From Hypanus sabinus (Eukaryota): a DNA stretch of 64,000 nt. Made by a program: the position numbers and the translations under genes. Positions within the stretch are counted from its first letter, which is position 1; the number at the start of each line of letters is the position of its first letter. The stretch lies in NCBI RefSeq assembly GCF_030144855.1, contig NC_082731.1:10354001-10418000 (forward strand), given 5' to 3'. Shown in pieces: positions 13,471 through 25,320 of the stretch. The notes beneath the pieces are model-generated. The model saw only the letters and a list, made by a program, of their open reading frames with translations. It was not told the origin of the DNA and did not search any database.

Positions 13471-13870
13471 AAGAAAGAGGATATGGGTAATGGGCTGGGC
13501 GTGAGGGTGTGGGAGGGGAGAATATTGCGTATAGGAGAAGAGGGATAGAAGTTAAAGGAATAGGAGAACAGAGGGGACTGGTCACCAGAAGAAAAAGTCT
13601 ATAGTGATGACGTTAGGCTGGATACTGTGAACACGGAATGTGAGGGGTTATTCCATTAACCTGCGGCAGATCTTACCTTAGCTTTACAGGAGTCGTTTGA
13701 CAGATATGTCAGTTTGGGAATGGAAAATGCAATTAAAATGGCTCGATGTTATGGCCGACTGAGTGAAGGCGCTGTACCAACCCCGCCTTGTCTCACAGTT
13801 GTAGAGGAGGCCGCACCGGATGAAATAAATGACCTTGGTGAATTCACAGGGGACGCGCAGCCACAACTGT
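13470..13870 (-). mobile_element. Penelope-like element fragment
   Basis: ORF 13684-13866 reads PCEFTKVIYFIRCGLLYNCETRR, a degenerate copy of the GIY-YIG motif FTCESAGVIYCIRC..CGLLYIGETRR. Confidence 0.65.
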
Positions 13871-14479
13871 GAGGACTAGTTAGGGCATTTAAAACGTGAC
13901 AAACGTGGAGTCTCTGGCTAAAAGAAGTTTTGTGTAGTCAGGAGCATCCATCCACCTCGCCTCTGCACCATAACAAATGCAATCACATTTTCCTTGCGGT
14001 AGGGTGTCTAGAATTTAAGGTCATACTGTCGCTTTATCTTCAGCCCTCTCTCCATCCAACGCGTTCCCTGCGTTTGCCAACAAAAGATCCAGTATGCCTT
14101 TGTCAATATCTTTTTTTCCCTAACCACGAATCCTAAATCCTGATCACTGGTTCAAATCGCTCAGCTTCTTCCAATAGTTCATGTTGTTCAGATGCCTGAC
14201 AATAGATCATGTACCAGACAAGTTTCGATACGGAAAGAGATTAAAAAGCGGTCAACAGGAGTTGAAGGATTTACTCAAAATCTCCTTGGGAAAATGCTGC
14301 ACCCAACTGATTCCGAAACATTCCATGCCTGTCACTGTTTTAAGTGGTGACGCAGTGCTGGTGATCATACTGAGAATCTTGCTCTGAAGTACACTGATAT
14401 CAAATATAAATGGCAAAAGAACCAGATCCCATTCGCAATCACACATCATCCACGTCTTCCTCCTCATATGAGGTACATT

Positions 14480-14920
14480 CTGCGGTCTAAACAAAACCTT
14501 TGGTCTGTCAAGCAGTCCTCTGAGTTGTTACTTTATGGAGCTGAATTGTAGAGCAGGAACCTGAAAAGTCCCAGAACAATGCCACCAAATAAACTGACAA
14601 TATGTTTTTAGGATATGCTGGAAGGGCAGACGCACTACAGCACTGGAGGAAGCTTACATGAACAGCACCTCTACCACGATAAAGCAACACCATCACCGAT
14701 GGGTAGATCATGTAAATCAAATACCTAACTCACTTCTCCGGAAACAAATACTTTACTCTCAGTTGAATGAAGTGATCTGATTGCAGAGGAAACGCTTCAA
14801 ATACATCATCAAAATCAGACTGAAGAAAGTCAACATTACATCTACAAAGTGGAGAAGACATTGCACTCAGTTCATGTACCTGGAGGAACTATGTTCTAGA
14901 TGGAACTGCAATACATGCGA
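14480..14920 (+). mobile_element. RTE/BovB-like LINE C-terminal fragment
   Basis: Manual translation HRWVDHVNQIPNSLLRKQILYSQLNE..QRKRFKYIIKIRLKK resembles the RTE motif RWAGHVVRM....PKQILYSQL....GQRKRFKD; LLYGAE upstream. Confidence 0.65.
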
Positions 14921-15899
14921 TTACCTGCACTGAGCCGCAAAGGAGAGACAGAACAAGCAAAAGACCCAGCCACTAGCCAGAGCTCTTGTTCTATGTTCAA
15001 AATGCGAAGAGTTCTGCAAAACGCATTTCCATTCATCCCGTAGTCCTTAATAATTGTCTTTTTTGCTTCACTGTGCTTTTCAAGGTTCAGCATTTGGCAA
15101 TAATTGGAAACAGTTAATCTTTTTCCAAATCTTCCACAGCATTTGTTTTATAAATCATTGCCGTTCATTTTCTCACTGAGTAGATATATGGCTGACCTCA
15201 CTAATTCCTCAATGAATTCTTCCAAATATCCTGACTCCATCTTCAGATTATGAGGATCAAATTGCAACTGAGCATCATAAACCTATCATGATTCTCGAAA
15301 ACAGCACTCCAGTATGTAAGATATATTGCATCCTTGTTGGATGGGTTTCAATTCCACTCTGATTGAAATTGGAATCAGAATGTAATTGGAATCACTGATA
15401 TTTATCATCACTGACATCTTGAAATTTGTTGTTTCATAGCAGAGGTATACTGTAGTACAAGACATAAATTTTTATAAGTTTCAATAAATAAAGAAACACA
15501 AGCAGAATAACAAGATCGTGTTTATAGTTTCAAGGATTGTTCATATATGTATGTCTCAGATGGTGCGAATGCATAATGATGGATGCCGCCTGAGGAAGAT
15601 ATTTATGATGGTGGAACAATAATATCTGTGCTAGAGATGACTGAGCCTATAACACTCAGCAGCCTCTTTCAATACTTCACATTGGAGCATCTTCACCAGA
15701 CTACACTATATAACCAGTCAGAGCATTCTCCATCGTACATATGTCGAAATCTGCTGGAACATTTGGTGATATCCCAAATCTCCTCAAATTCCTAATTCCT
15801 GATTCCATCAATGTGTTGGTCCCAGGATAGTTGCTCTGAGATTACGTCACCCAGTAGCTTATCTCGTATCTATTGCATATCTATTTCACCACTGACCCA

Positions 15900-16640
15900 T
15901 CAACTACCGAAGGACCAAATCACATTTCAAAAACTTGAGAAACTCTGCAGAAAATTTGATTGGCCAGGACCGCATTTACACTCGTTTTGGCATATAGAAT
16001 GATGAAAAGCTGAACAAATGCGAGAAGAACAAAAGAATTCTTTCCAGGTACTTGGTGCATTTGATTGGCATATTTGAATGAACTTTAGGTCTAGTTGGAA
16101 TTCTTTTTGAAAAGTCAAAAGCCGTCTTACAAGCCACTACATTTCCATCTCTTCGACGAATCTATCAAACCCAGAGACTTGCCGTCCCGTGCTCCAACAA
16201 TTGTTTCAATTCTACTAACATGCCAGTTGTACTTGTAACGAATGCTCCCATCCTTTACAGTTTTTTTGGTCTCCCACACTTTCTCGAGTGTAACCTCTGA
16301 CACAAAATACATATTTTAACAAATCATCCACAATCTTCTTTTTTTCCGTTATCAATTCCGTCACGCTTTGGAGAAGCAGAGTTTTAAAATTTTGCTCAGT
16401 GCTTATCTGGAGCCTAGAAACAATATAGGGAATGTGCATATATGGCTTTCTGAATTTCATTGGAGAGCAGTTACAAACTGATCACTGTATTATTTCCGAA
16501 GCCACCATACAAGCTAAATGTATTGAGAAGCCACAGGTTAATATCTCAATTAAATCAAATGCTTACATTTGTCCAACATCACCAAGTGAATCCCCATTGA
16601 ATTTGCTTATGATTTTGATTTTTCAACACAGTACACGTGG
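15900..16640 (-). mobile_element. Probable L1/Tx1-like LINE ORF2 remnant
   Basis: Adjacent minus frames give ELITEKKKIVDDLLKY..., ARDGKSLGL and AKTSVNAVLANQ, which resemble L1-clade ELITDPKEIN, GKSPG and KILAKVLANRL in the same order; very degenerate. Confidence 0.4.
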
Positions 16641-18244
16641 CAGCTCCGTTCACTGAAACAGCTGTACAAGACTACTGCCGCCTCCGCCCACCTATTCTAT
16701 CTGCCACCCTGTGGTATAATTGCATTCACTAATTCATCCCATAGTTTTACTTCCTGAAAGTTAAGTGAACACCTCCTTCTAAATGCAGCACCGGGCAAAC
16801 CCGACTTCAGATGTTGCGGTCACCAATACTGAACAGATGGGCGATAACGGATGGCAACTGAAGATAGGTGTGCAGGGGTCACTTACTGGCCCTTCCACAT
16901 GTTACACTCTTTTACTGGGCAATTCCTCAATGACACAATGCTGTAGCGAAATAATGAATGTTTTTACAAATCTCCATGTACAGCTTTGAAGCATCAACCT
17001 CGTTGCATCAAGACAGAGATAATATGGTACCAAGAATTAAGAAATAGACTAGCTTTTTGCATGAATATACGTATTTAAAGTCACGGTAATGCCATCAATT
17101 GAAAGTATTCTTGTTAGACTGTAAAAATTATGAATATTGGTTTCAATTTGTTTTCAAATCTTCCTGCTCTTTAGTCATTGCACTGAAGTGGATAGCACAA
17201 TTAGTTTCAAATGATAATAAAGTATTTCGTTGTGCCCGTTAGAAGATTTCGCAACGTTAAATAGTGCCATGAAATTGGCACGGCTTTATCACGTAACATG
17301 GTCTCCAATCTTGGTTCCCTCGTCCGTGCAATTTATTCAGTCGATTGTCAGTAACAGCAATTAGTATTCCAGAATGTAGTAAAGACGAACCATGCGAGTA
17401 ACGAGCTTCGGAGATAGACTGGGATTTGGGTAAATAAATAACATTTTTGGACAGTGTGAGAAGTTTCATTTTGTTTTGGAAAGTTGAGAAAGGAATATAT
17501 AATGTAAGTGTTCTTGTGTTAAGAGGAACTAGGAAGTTAAAGAATCGGATATATATCGGCTCAACTACATAGCATGTTTACAAGAGTAAAATTCTGCTCA
17601 CTGTCTTGGAGGGATCATAATGGTAAATAGAGCCCCTGACAAAATCTTTATGGGTCCTCAGTGGGAAAGACAATTGAAATATGTGGGAGAGCCTTTCGAT
17701 TGATTATCTGATGCACATCGTTTTGAAAGTCCAACGCTTTAGATATAAAAGACCATAAGACTGTAAGGCATGGAACATATTTCTTCAAAGAATTACAATG
17801 TCAATTTGGTGTGAAAGCATCATAGATTCCAACAGCTTCATTTAAAGTTGAAATACAAACGTGATGAGCATTATTGTTTGAAGCACTCTTCGTATTATGC
17901 ATTCTATTTTCCGAAAAGTAGTAATTTGGGGATTTGGTGAGGTAGCGTAACAAGCTTATTCTGATTTTTACCCAGAGCAAGGAAGACATCTTTCTTCAGA
18001 AGCAGGCAGCGTCTTCCCTTCAGTTTGCTTTCCAAGCATATGGTGAACATGAAGATATGTTCTGATTCGCGCATTGAATCTACTAAACTTACCTTGATTA
18101 ATGCCCAATTCACTTAATTATAACCTTGTAATTAGCGAGCCACAGTTTTGATTTGTAATCTACTGGAGACTGCTGCTTTCAATGTATCTGGTGCCAAGAC
18201 ATCATTTCAAAAGTCATTTTCACGACAACAATCGTTAATCCGAT

Positions 18245-18365
18245 CAACACACACAGAATGCTGGAGGAACTCAGCAGTTCAAGCAGCATCCATGCAAAGT
18301 ACAGTCAATGTTTCGGGTCACAGCCATAGATGCTGTCTGGCCTGCTGAGTTTCTCCAGCATTGTG
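18245..18365. repeat. Internally deleted palindromic Penelope-like terminal repeat
   Basis: acacacagaatgctggaggaactcagcag ... cctgctgagtttctccagcattgtgt arms with a shortened centre. Confidence 0.7.
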
Positions 18366-19049
18366 TTAAAGCGATGTGTATGTATATATAATCACAAACA
18401 TCGAAAGTCCTAGAACAGAAGAACATTAGTGACATACTTGCAACTAGAATAAGAGCCTTTGATTACTACACTCCGTCTTCTGTAGGCAACACAATTATGA
18501 ATGCAAACGGCCAAGTCACTCAGGATGCAGTGCTTCTTAATATTCTATACGAGTTTCCCAGAATGGCTCTGTCGAATATCTCACTGAAACCTATGTGGAC
18601 ATACTGTATCTCTACCTGTACCAATCACCTCCATCTTCTCAAAAACCTCAATGATGTTACTCAGACATGATCTGCTTTTGCACAAGGCCATACTGATCTT
18701 CCCTAATTAGGCCATGTTTTTCCAGATGCTCATATATTCTGTCCCTAAGAATCATCTTCATTAGTTTCCCTATCACTGACATGAGACCCACCAATCTATT
18801 ATTTCCAGATTATCGCTCTATTCATTCTTGGACAAAGGAACAATACTGGCTACACATACCTTCCTTGAGATGCAAAATTACAATTTATACAAAGGATTAC
18901 CAATTGGAAGTCAACACGGTGCATCAACAACAATGATATCCTCCTTCCTATTAGGTTGAATGTCTTCAATCCAGGATTTGACCAATTAAATGATGCGACA
19001 TCAAAGTAAGGTCCCTCTCTTTGCGGCGAACAGGCACCATGACTGGCGG

Positions 19050-20585
19050 CAGCTGAGGCGAGGAGAACCTTATACAGGGTAAATCAATGCAATGCTGCAG
19101 TTCTGGACAACATACCTGGGCAGGCGCGAAGGAACTGGGCGGCCCAGCTGACGGGGATCTTAACAGAGATCTTTCTATTTGTCTGAAACAGTCCACTGGC
19201 CCTGCACGTTTCGTGGAATCCACCATCATTCCGATACCCCTGAAAGCAACGATAACTGATGTAAACGACTGTCGCCCAGTGGCACTGACTTTATTAATCA
19301 TGAAGTGGTTTGAGCGGCTGAGTAATGGAATACATAAAATCCTGCCTCCTAGCTGCATTGGACCCGTCCCAGTTCGCCTACCGCTCAAACTGATATGCCA
19401 TGGATGGTGGCATAGACTCAGCCCGTCTTGTCCACCTGGAAAAGGATGCCTCGTACTCCAGAATGTTTTTCATTGACTGCAGCTCGGTGTTTAATATCAT
19501 CATCCCTCAGCAATTGGTGGTGAAGTTGTCCTCGTTGGGACTCAACACCCCTCTCGGTAACTGGACTTTGGACGCCTTGATGGAAATACCCCAATCACTG
19601 CGTGTTGACTGGAACATTTCAAGCTCCATCAAGCTGAGCACTGATACCCCCATGGTTGTATTCTCAGCCTGCTGTTCACGCTTCAGGCTCAAGGCTGCTC
19701 TGCCTGATGCATCTCAACCCGCATCACCAGCTTCACTGATGATACTACTGTGGATGGCTTCATCAGCAACGATCACGAATCAGCATACAGAGATGGGGTA
19801 TGGAGGCATGTCAAATGTTGCTAGAATAACATTCTGAGTCTCAAGGTGGATAAGTCAAAAGAGATTATTGTGGTCTTCAGGAAGGCACAGGTGGACCTCT
19901 CTCCATTGCACACCTTTGGCTGTGCCATGGAGAGAGATACAAGAGCACAAAGATTCTGAGTGTGCACATAACTTACTATCTACCCTGGACGTACAACACT
20001 TTTTCACTAGTTAGGAAGGCACGGCAGCTCTTTCATGCGAACTTGAGGCATGCAAGGCTCCCGCTGCCATTCTAACATCTTACTACAGAAGTGCCATCGA
20101 ATGTCATACTGGCTTCATCATTGTGTGGTACCAAAGCTCCAAGGCAACAGGGCGCAAGATCAGAAGACAACAAAACCAGCTGAAAGGATCATTGAGGGTC
20201 AACCACAAGCGACCCCAACCCATATATGACATTTTCAAGAAACATTGTTGTGGATCAGTACCACCCATCCCACAATCTCTTAGACCCACTTCCATCCGGA
20301 TGGAGGTAAAGGAGCGTCAGGAATAGGTCTGCCAGACAGGGTAACAGCTTTTTCCTTGAATACTCTGCCACTACTGAGGTCCCGTTACTAGGACTAGAGC
20401 TGTTTACTGGTTACCTGTGCTGCGTTTTACAACATGCACTTTCAATTATATTAACTCTTTTATAGTATAATACTTTGGTTGCCATGCTGTGTGATATCTG
20501 TTACATTGAAGCACGGTGGTCTAACTGTACTGAATGTTATAATATTTGGGTTGTACAGTCAAATGACAATGAACTTGAACTTAAA
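19050..20585 (+). mobile_element. Rex1/Babar-clade LINE fragment
   Basis: DCRPVALTLLIMKWFERL and HLEKDASYSRMFFIDCSSVFNIIIP (family motif YRPVALT..MKCFERL / YVRMLFIDYSSAFNTI); aacttgaactt tail at ~20570. Confidence 0.8.
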
Positions 20586-21829
20586 CAAATTTGTTGGTTA
20601 ACGGTATATACACCTATCGCCTCTCCCCAGAAGACTTCAAAGTAATGATCTTAGAGTGATCTAACGCTATCTGTTTTCTTATTAAAATTTCCTAGCATCT
20701 TAGTATGCTCCACTCTGATCTCACTATCCTGTGAAGATTTCTCCTTGGTGAAAACTGACGTAAAATACACATTTAGAACCGCACTGCTGTCTCTCCAAAA
20801 ACGTGCTTCCTACTTTTTCTGTCAGTGGTTCTATCCACGTTCTAGTTCCCCTGTCTCTTGATATATATGTCGGCCTTGCCAAAATAGGATTATAGCACCC
20901 TCTATCTCCTAATTTAATACTGTATGTCTTTTCGGGCTTATTTATATTTTCTCGGTATCACTGTTCAATGTTATCCTCCTAAACCTTATGAATGCTTTAT
21001 TTTTCTAATTGACTAAATTTTCCACGCCTGTCGCCATCGAAGGTTCCTTAGAAGTTATATATTCTATTCAAGTTATACATTTTTATGAGTAACATCGACC
21101 TTCGGAGTTTGATAATTATACACATTCATTGCCCATCTGCTTCTTCCCTTCACTTCATAATGGAATGTGTGTCGTATTTTATCATGTTATTGGAATTTCG
21201 AACTAATATTTTTAAAGTAAACTACCTGACAGGATCTTCGTTCCTAAATCCAGCTGTGGTGTTTTCCCTGACCATAGATGACCAGGATTATTGCCCTAAA
21301 ATAGGCACATCTGAATTCTTTTTTCGCAGTAATGTTTAGCCGAATTCCTCCAGAAGTTTGTGTGATGCTTCGTTATTACGCACATACACTGCGAGCGACG
21401 TCACGAAATTCTAAGAGACCACCATTGACAATAAACTTAAGGTCAGTTTTATAACTACAGCTGGCCTTAGATTCATGGTGCCTACCAATGTTGAACAGAT
21501 GAAGGACCGCGAGACAGAAATGTGCAACAACAGGAATATTATTTAGTTTTTCATGGTGATTAAACGAAAGGCTTTTACTGCATTTGCTGTCTCAAGTTGA
21601 CGGTTACTCATGGATGCTTTTAACAGATTTTTGAAGCCCTTTCCAGATATTAAAGCAATGAAGAATGGAACCACATTCAGTACGGATGGAAGTAAGCAAT
21701 GGAGATCTTCCTCTATATCTCTATCCATACGTTTATGCTCATATATTTCACCGATGTAATTATGGAAATATCGGATATAATACATATAATTAACCGAGCT
21801 ATAATCGCAGTTAATACGCCTTCTGTATT

Positions 21830-21863
21830 ATGCAAATGTGCCCAGACTCTCGAGGTTTATAAA
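21830..21863 (+). promoter_or_regulatory. Ig promoter: octamer ATGCAAAT (21830-21837) and TATAAA (21858-21863)
   Basis: Exact octamer 20 nt upstream of a TATA box and ~120 nt upstream of the leader ATG (21954). Confidence 0.8.
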
Positions 21864-21953
21864 GTCTTCGCTCCTTCACAAGGTTGCACAGACAGCCGAC
21901 GCTGATGTCTGAAAACTTTTCTACTTAACAGGCTTTCTGGTGGTGAAGAAACC

Positions 21954-22002
21954 ATGATTTTGATATTTTTGATGATATTGATATTTTTCGCGTGGTAACC
22001 GA
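21954..22002 (+). pseudogene. IgNAR: IgNAR leader exon with in-frame stop (MILIFLMILIFFAW*P)
   Basis: accATG Kozak context; hydrophobic; ends AW*P + A|gt, matching the IgNAR leader ...LAWLP N with TTA->TAA at 21996-21998; phase-1 donor at 22003. Confidence 0.7.
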
Positions 22003-22130
22003 GTCCGTGCAGTTCTTTTTTAAAGAGAATAATGATTACTATTTTGCCTTTGCATAAACAAATTTTATTTTATGTTAAAACCTGTTCTGCTTCAGATATG
22101 TGATGATTAAATTTGTTATCCTCCCTTCAG

Positions 22131-22165
22131 ATGCCACGTATTTCTGCCATACAAACAACGATAGC
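22131..22165 (+). pseudogene. IgNAR: V exon remnant (only the FR3 end, ATYFC-HTNNDS)
   Basis: Acceptor ctcccttcag| is followed directly by AT GCC ACG TAT TTC TGC CAT ACA AAC AAC GAT AGC, then a perfect heptamer; roughly 270 bp of V is absent. Confidence 0.8.
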
Positions 22166-22204
22166 CACAGTGAACCAAAGCATGGACTCTGCAATTCAAA
22201 AATC
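22166..22204 (+). other. RSS-23 at the V 3' end
   Basis: CACAGTG + 23 nt + TCAAAAATC (7/9 to ACAAAAACC). Confidence 0.85.
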
Positions 22205-22382
22205 ACAAATGCATTTGGTAATTGGAGAAAGGACAATGCTAACCCGTTTCTGAACTGCACAATGCAGACGCTATTTTCGAGGGATTATTGGCTATAAAAG
22301 TAGCTGGGCGGAATAAAAACGGCGTTAAGCAAGATTGTAATTTACGCCTTGACCACATGATCTTGTATTGATGTACAAGGAA

Positions 22383-22461
22383 CCTTTTAGTACTAGCATC
22401 AATGACTGTGTCAACAAAAGTGTCACAGTGATGAATCTACAATCCCCGTCATACATAAATC
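22383..22461 (+). other. D segment TCAACAAAAGTGT (22411-22423) with 5' RSS-12 and 3' RSS-22
   Basis: CCTTTTAGT-12-GACTGTG | D | CACAGTG-22-ACATAAATC. Confidence 0.85.
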
Positions 22462-22770
22462 TCTTCCGCAATTCTTAATGCAAAACTAATACAAAACATT
22501 CCTTCAGCGACTTAAACTTTTCACTGCCAAACCTGCTGCCTCTGCCAGACACTGGTAGGCATAATGGAGCCTTGCTTTACATATTTGTGCAATTGCAGTA
22601 TAAATGTTATAATCATATGAATAACAAAACTTGATATTTTCCTTGATATCTGCCTGGCTGAGAGTTATTATCGACGGAAGCCAATAAAACCTATTTATTC
22701 ATTTTCAATTCCCTCATATCATGGAGGTATAGGATTACTTGACGGATTTATACACTATTTACAACAGTGA

Positions 22771-22838
22771 GGTTATTGTGCTCACGTGAAATGATGTGTC
22801 AACAGAAAGCCACAGCAGTCTAAGCCATAGCACAAACC
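22771..22838 (+). other. D segment TCAACAGAAAGC (22799-22810) with RSS-12 on both sides
   Basis: GGTTATTGT-12-TGATGTG | D | CACAGCA-12-GCACAAACC. Confidence 0.85.
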
Positions 22839-23182
22839 TCCGGGACAGTTCTTTTTGTTCGTCGATTTGTAAATGAGATTACAAACTGCGCCTTTACGTT
22901 CATGGATGTTGCTCGACATAATTTTAAAAAGATACTTCTTCTTTGGGTTGAATTCCACCTACGTTCCTTGGTGCTTAATCACCAAAATTCCCGTTTCTAT
23001 ATCACAAGCCCTTTTAATACACCGAATAAACAGAAAGGCAGATGAAAACTGAAAGAAATTGAAACCCATTGACAAATAGAATATATTGTTAAGCCTTTTG
23101 TTTCTGTCTTATTCTGGAAGACCTACCTCTATAATTCACTTTTAATGATCACTTTCCGCATTGGGATGAATAGGAAGTAAAT

Positions 23183-23230
23183 CATTGTGTACCGCAGACG
23201 GAGGTGGCACAAATCTGACTGTGAAAACTG
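23183..23230 (+). other. IgNAR: IgNAR J segment (TADGGGTNLTVKT-G, 23190-23230) with heptamer CATTGTG
   Basis: GxGTxLTV motif without Trp/Phe; perfect phase-1 donor GTAAGT at 23231; heptamer 23183-23189; nonamer degenerate. Confidence 0.88.
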
Positions 23231-23879
23231 GTAAGTGACATCTTTTATTACATTTTGGGCAAGCGCATATGTTCCCCGATGAGAAGGGCAATTAGACTCT
23301 CACTTAAATGATGCAACCGGTATAGTGCAATATGATAATGTACTTTTGCAAATCGAAAAATGCTAACTTGCTAAGATGTCCCAGATGAAATTAAATACGC
23401 GCCTTTCCTCCCAAGATAATTCTTCCGTTGGCTTAAAAGAAGAAAATTGAACTTGGAGAGTTTTTTTTCAAATCGAAGCACATCAATTACCCTCGACCTG
23501 CTGCACTCCTTCCACGTCAGTAACTTTAAAGTATTACCTGATGCATTGATATAACGCGATGTTTCATATATTTGAATGCCGATTAGCATCCCACTGTCGC
23601 AGACATGACCTACATTGCCGTGCGCTACCTATATTAGAGAAAACCTTTTCATCGGTTCAAATATATGAAGATTGAGTGTGTAAAGTGAACCCAAGTACGA
23701 AAGAAGTTTGAAGATGAAATAGTGCACAAAGTGGTCGCCAGAAATATAATACGTATTTTCATCATTTGATACTTGGCAGGGAAGCTAAATCATAAACTCG
23801 TAGTGGAAACAACTTGATACACTGCTGGAATAGAATAAAATGTATTTTATTTAGAAACACATATCGTCGTCTAAAAACC

Positions 23880-24908
23880 ACTTAAACTACCTATAAAGAT
23901 TCTACATCTTCGTTCCTATATTACCTCTTTCTCAGGACTGAATTTCATTTTTTTCCAACAGAATCACGCCATCCCTTCTGCCTACCTGCCTGTTCTTTCC
24001 ATACAATGTGTATCCTTGGACGTTAAGCTCCCAACTATAATCTTCTTTCAGCCATGACTCAGTGATGCCGACATCTTCACATCTGCCAGTCTCAAACTGC
24101 GCTAAAAATCATCTACCTTGTTTCGCAAGCAGCATGCATTCAGATATAAGATCTTCTGTCCAGTATTAGTCAACATTTTTCCATTTGTCCCCTGTTACAC
24201 TGCAACTCACTGACAGTAATTTTGCCCAATCACCTATCTGGCCTTCTTGAAAATCCCACTGCACACTGCCTGTGCTTGCATACCAGCTGCCACATCCTCA
24301 ACACTATCTCACCGTCTCCCATCACCTCGCCAAGTTAGCTGAAACCCTCCTCAACAGCTCTTGTAAACATTCCCGCAAGTATATTGATCCCCAAACACGC
24401 TCCTATTGTGTTGGTCATCCAGAAGAGATCCCAATGATCCATAAATCTTCAACAGTGCTCCTGCACTAGTTCCTCAACCATACATTCATCTGCTAGACCA
24501 TCCTATTTTGAATTTCACTGTGGCGTAGCACAGGCAGAACTCCAGAGAGTACAGTACAACACTAGAGGTCCTGGTTTTCAGCTTTTTACTTAGCAGCTTC
24601 AATTCGCTCTTCAGGACTCCTCCCTTTTCGTACCTATGCCTTTGGTGTTCCTATGTACCAAGACTTCTGGCTGCTTAGCTTCCCCATTTAAAATCCTTTG
24701 GATCCATTCTGAGACATCTCTGAAACTTGCACTTAGGAAGCAACATACTATCCGGGTGTCTCTATCGTGTCCATAGATTCTGGCGTCAACTGTTCCTACA
24801 CTAGTTCAGTCCTCTTCTGCCCCCTTTCCTTTTGAACCATTGCAGCAGATGCAGTGCCAGAAACCCTATCGCTGCGGTTCCCCCCTGCTGGTAGGTCGTT
24901 GTAGTGCA

Positions 24909-24942
<34 letters not shown>

Positions 24943-25320
24943 GAAAGTGGTGTACTTATTATTGAGGGGAACAGTCACAGAGGTATTCTGCATTGGCTGC
25001 CCATTTTCTTTCCTTCTCCTGACAGTCACCATGCTTCGGGGTGACCACTTCCTATAGGGCCTATGTCTCTCTTCCTCATTTTCCCGTATGAGCCGAAGGT
25101 CACGTTGGTCATGAGCACGTTGTCTGAGAAGCTGCATTTCGGTGAAACTGATGCAGATGTGGTTATCCAGAAGGCTGGAGGTCTCCCAGGGTTCCAATTC
25201 TCACACAAAGTACACAATACGTCCCTGGAGCAATCCTCACTGCTCTCCGTACCCTCCGCGGAAGATTGTAGAAGAAGAAAATAACCAGATACTTGCCTTG
25301 CCCAAGCTAATTGTCACTCA
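23880..25320 (-). mobile_element. CR1 5' portion (ORF1 and endonuclease start) in the J-C1 intron
   Basis: ORF 24796-25197 (WVTVRR..NTSVTVPLNNKYTT..SGT.SA.MVQKER) and degenerate endonuclease downstream; interrupted by (CA)n. Confidence 0.7.
24910..24940. repeat. (CA)15 microsatellite
   Basis: Direct read. Confidence 0.95.

Noticed and set aside
16701-16714. CTCF-like motif (CCACAGGGTGGCAG on the minus strand); a similar one at 52217-52230
   Set aside because: Two mismatches to the core each; cannot be supported without a PWM scan or ChIP.
22135-22162. Cryptic RSS (CACGTAT) at the V deletion junction implying RAG-mediated deletion
   Set aside because: The best nonamer-like sequence lies at 9-nt spacing, not 12 or 23.
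22204-23183. A third free D segment, as expected for IgNAR
   Set aside because: No further heptamer-spacer-nonamer pairs found on manual scan.
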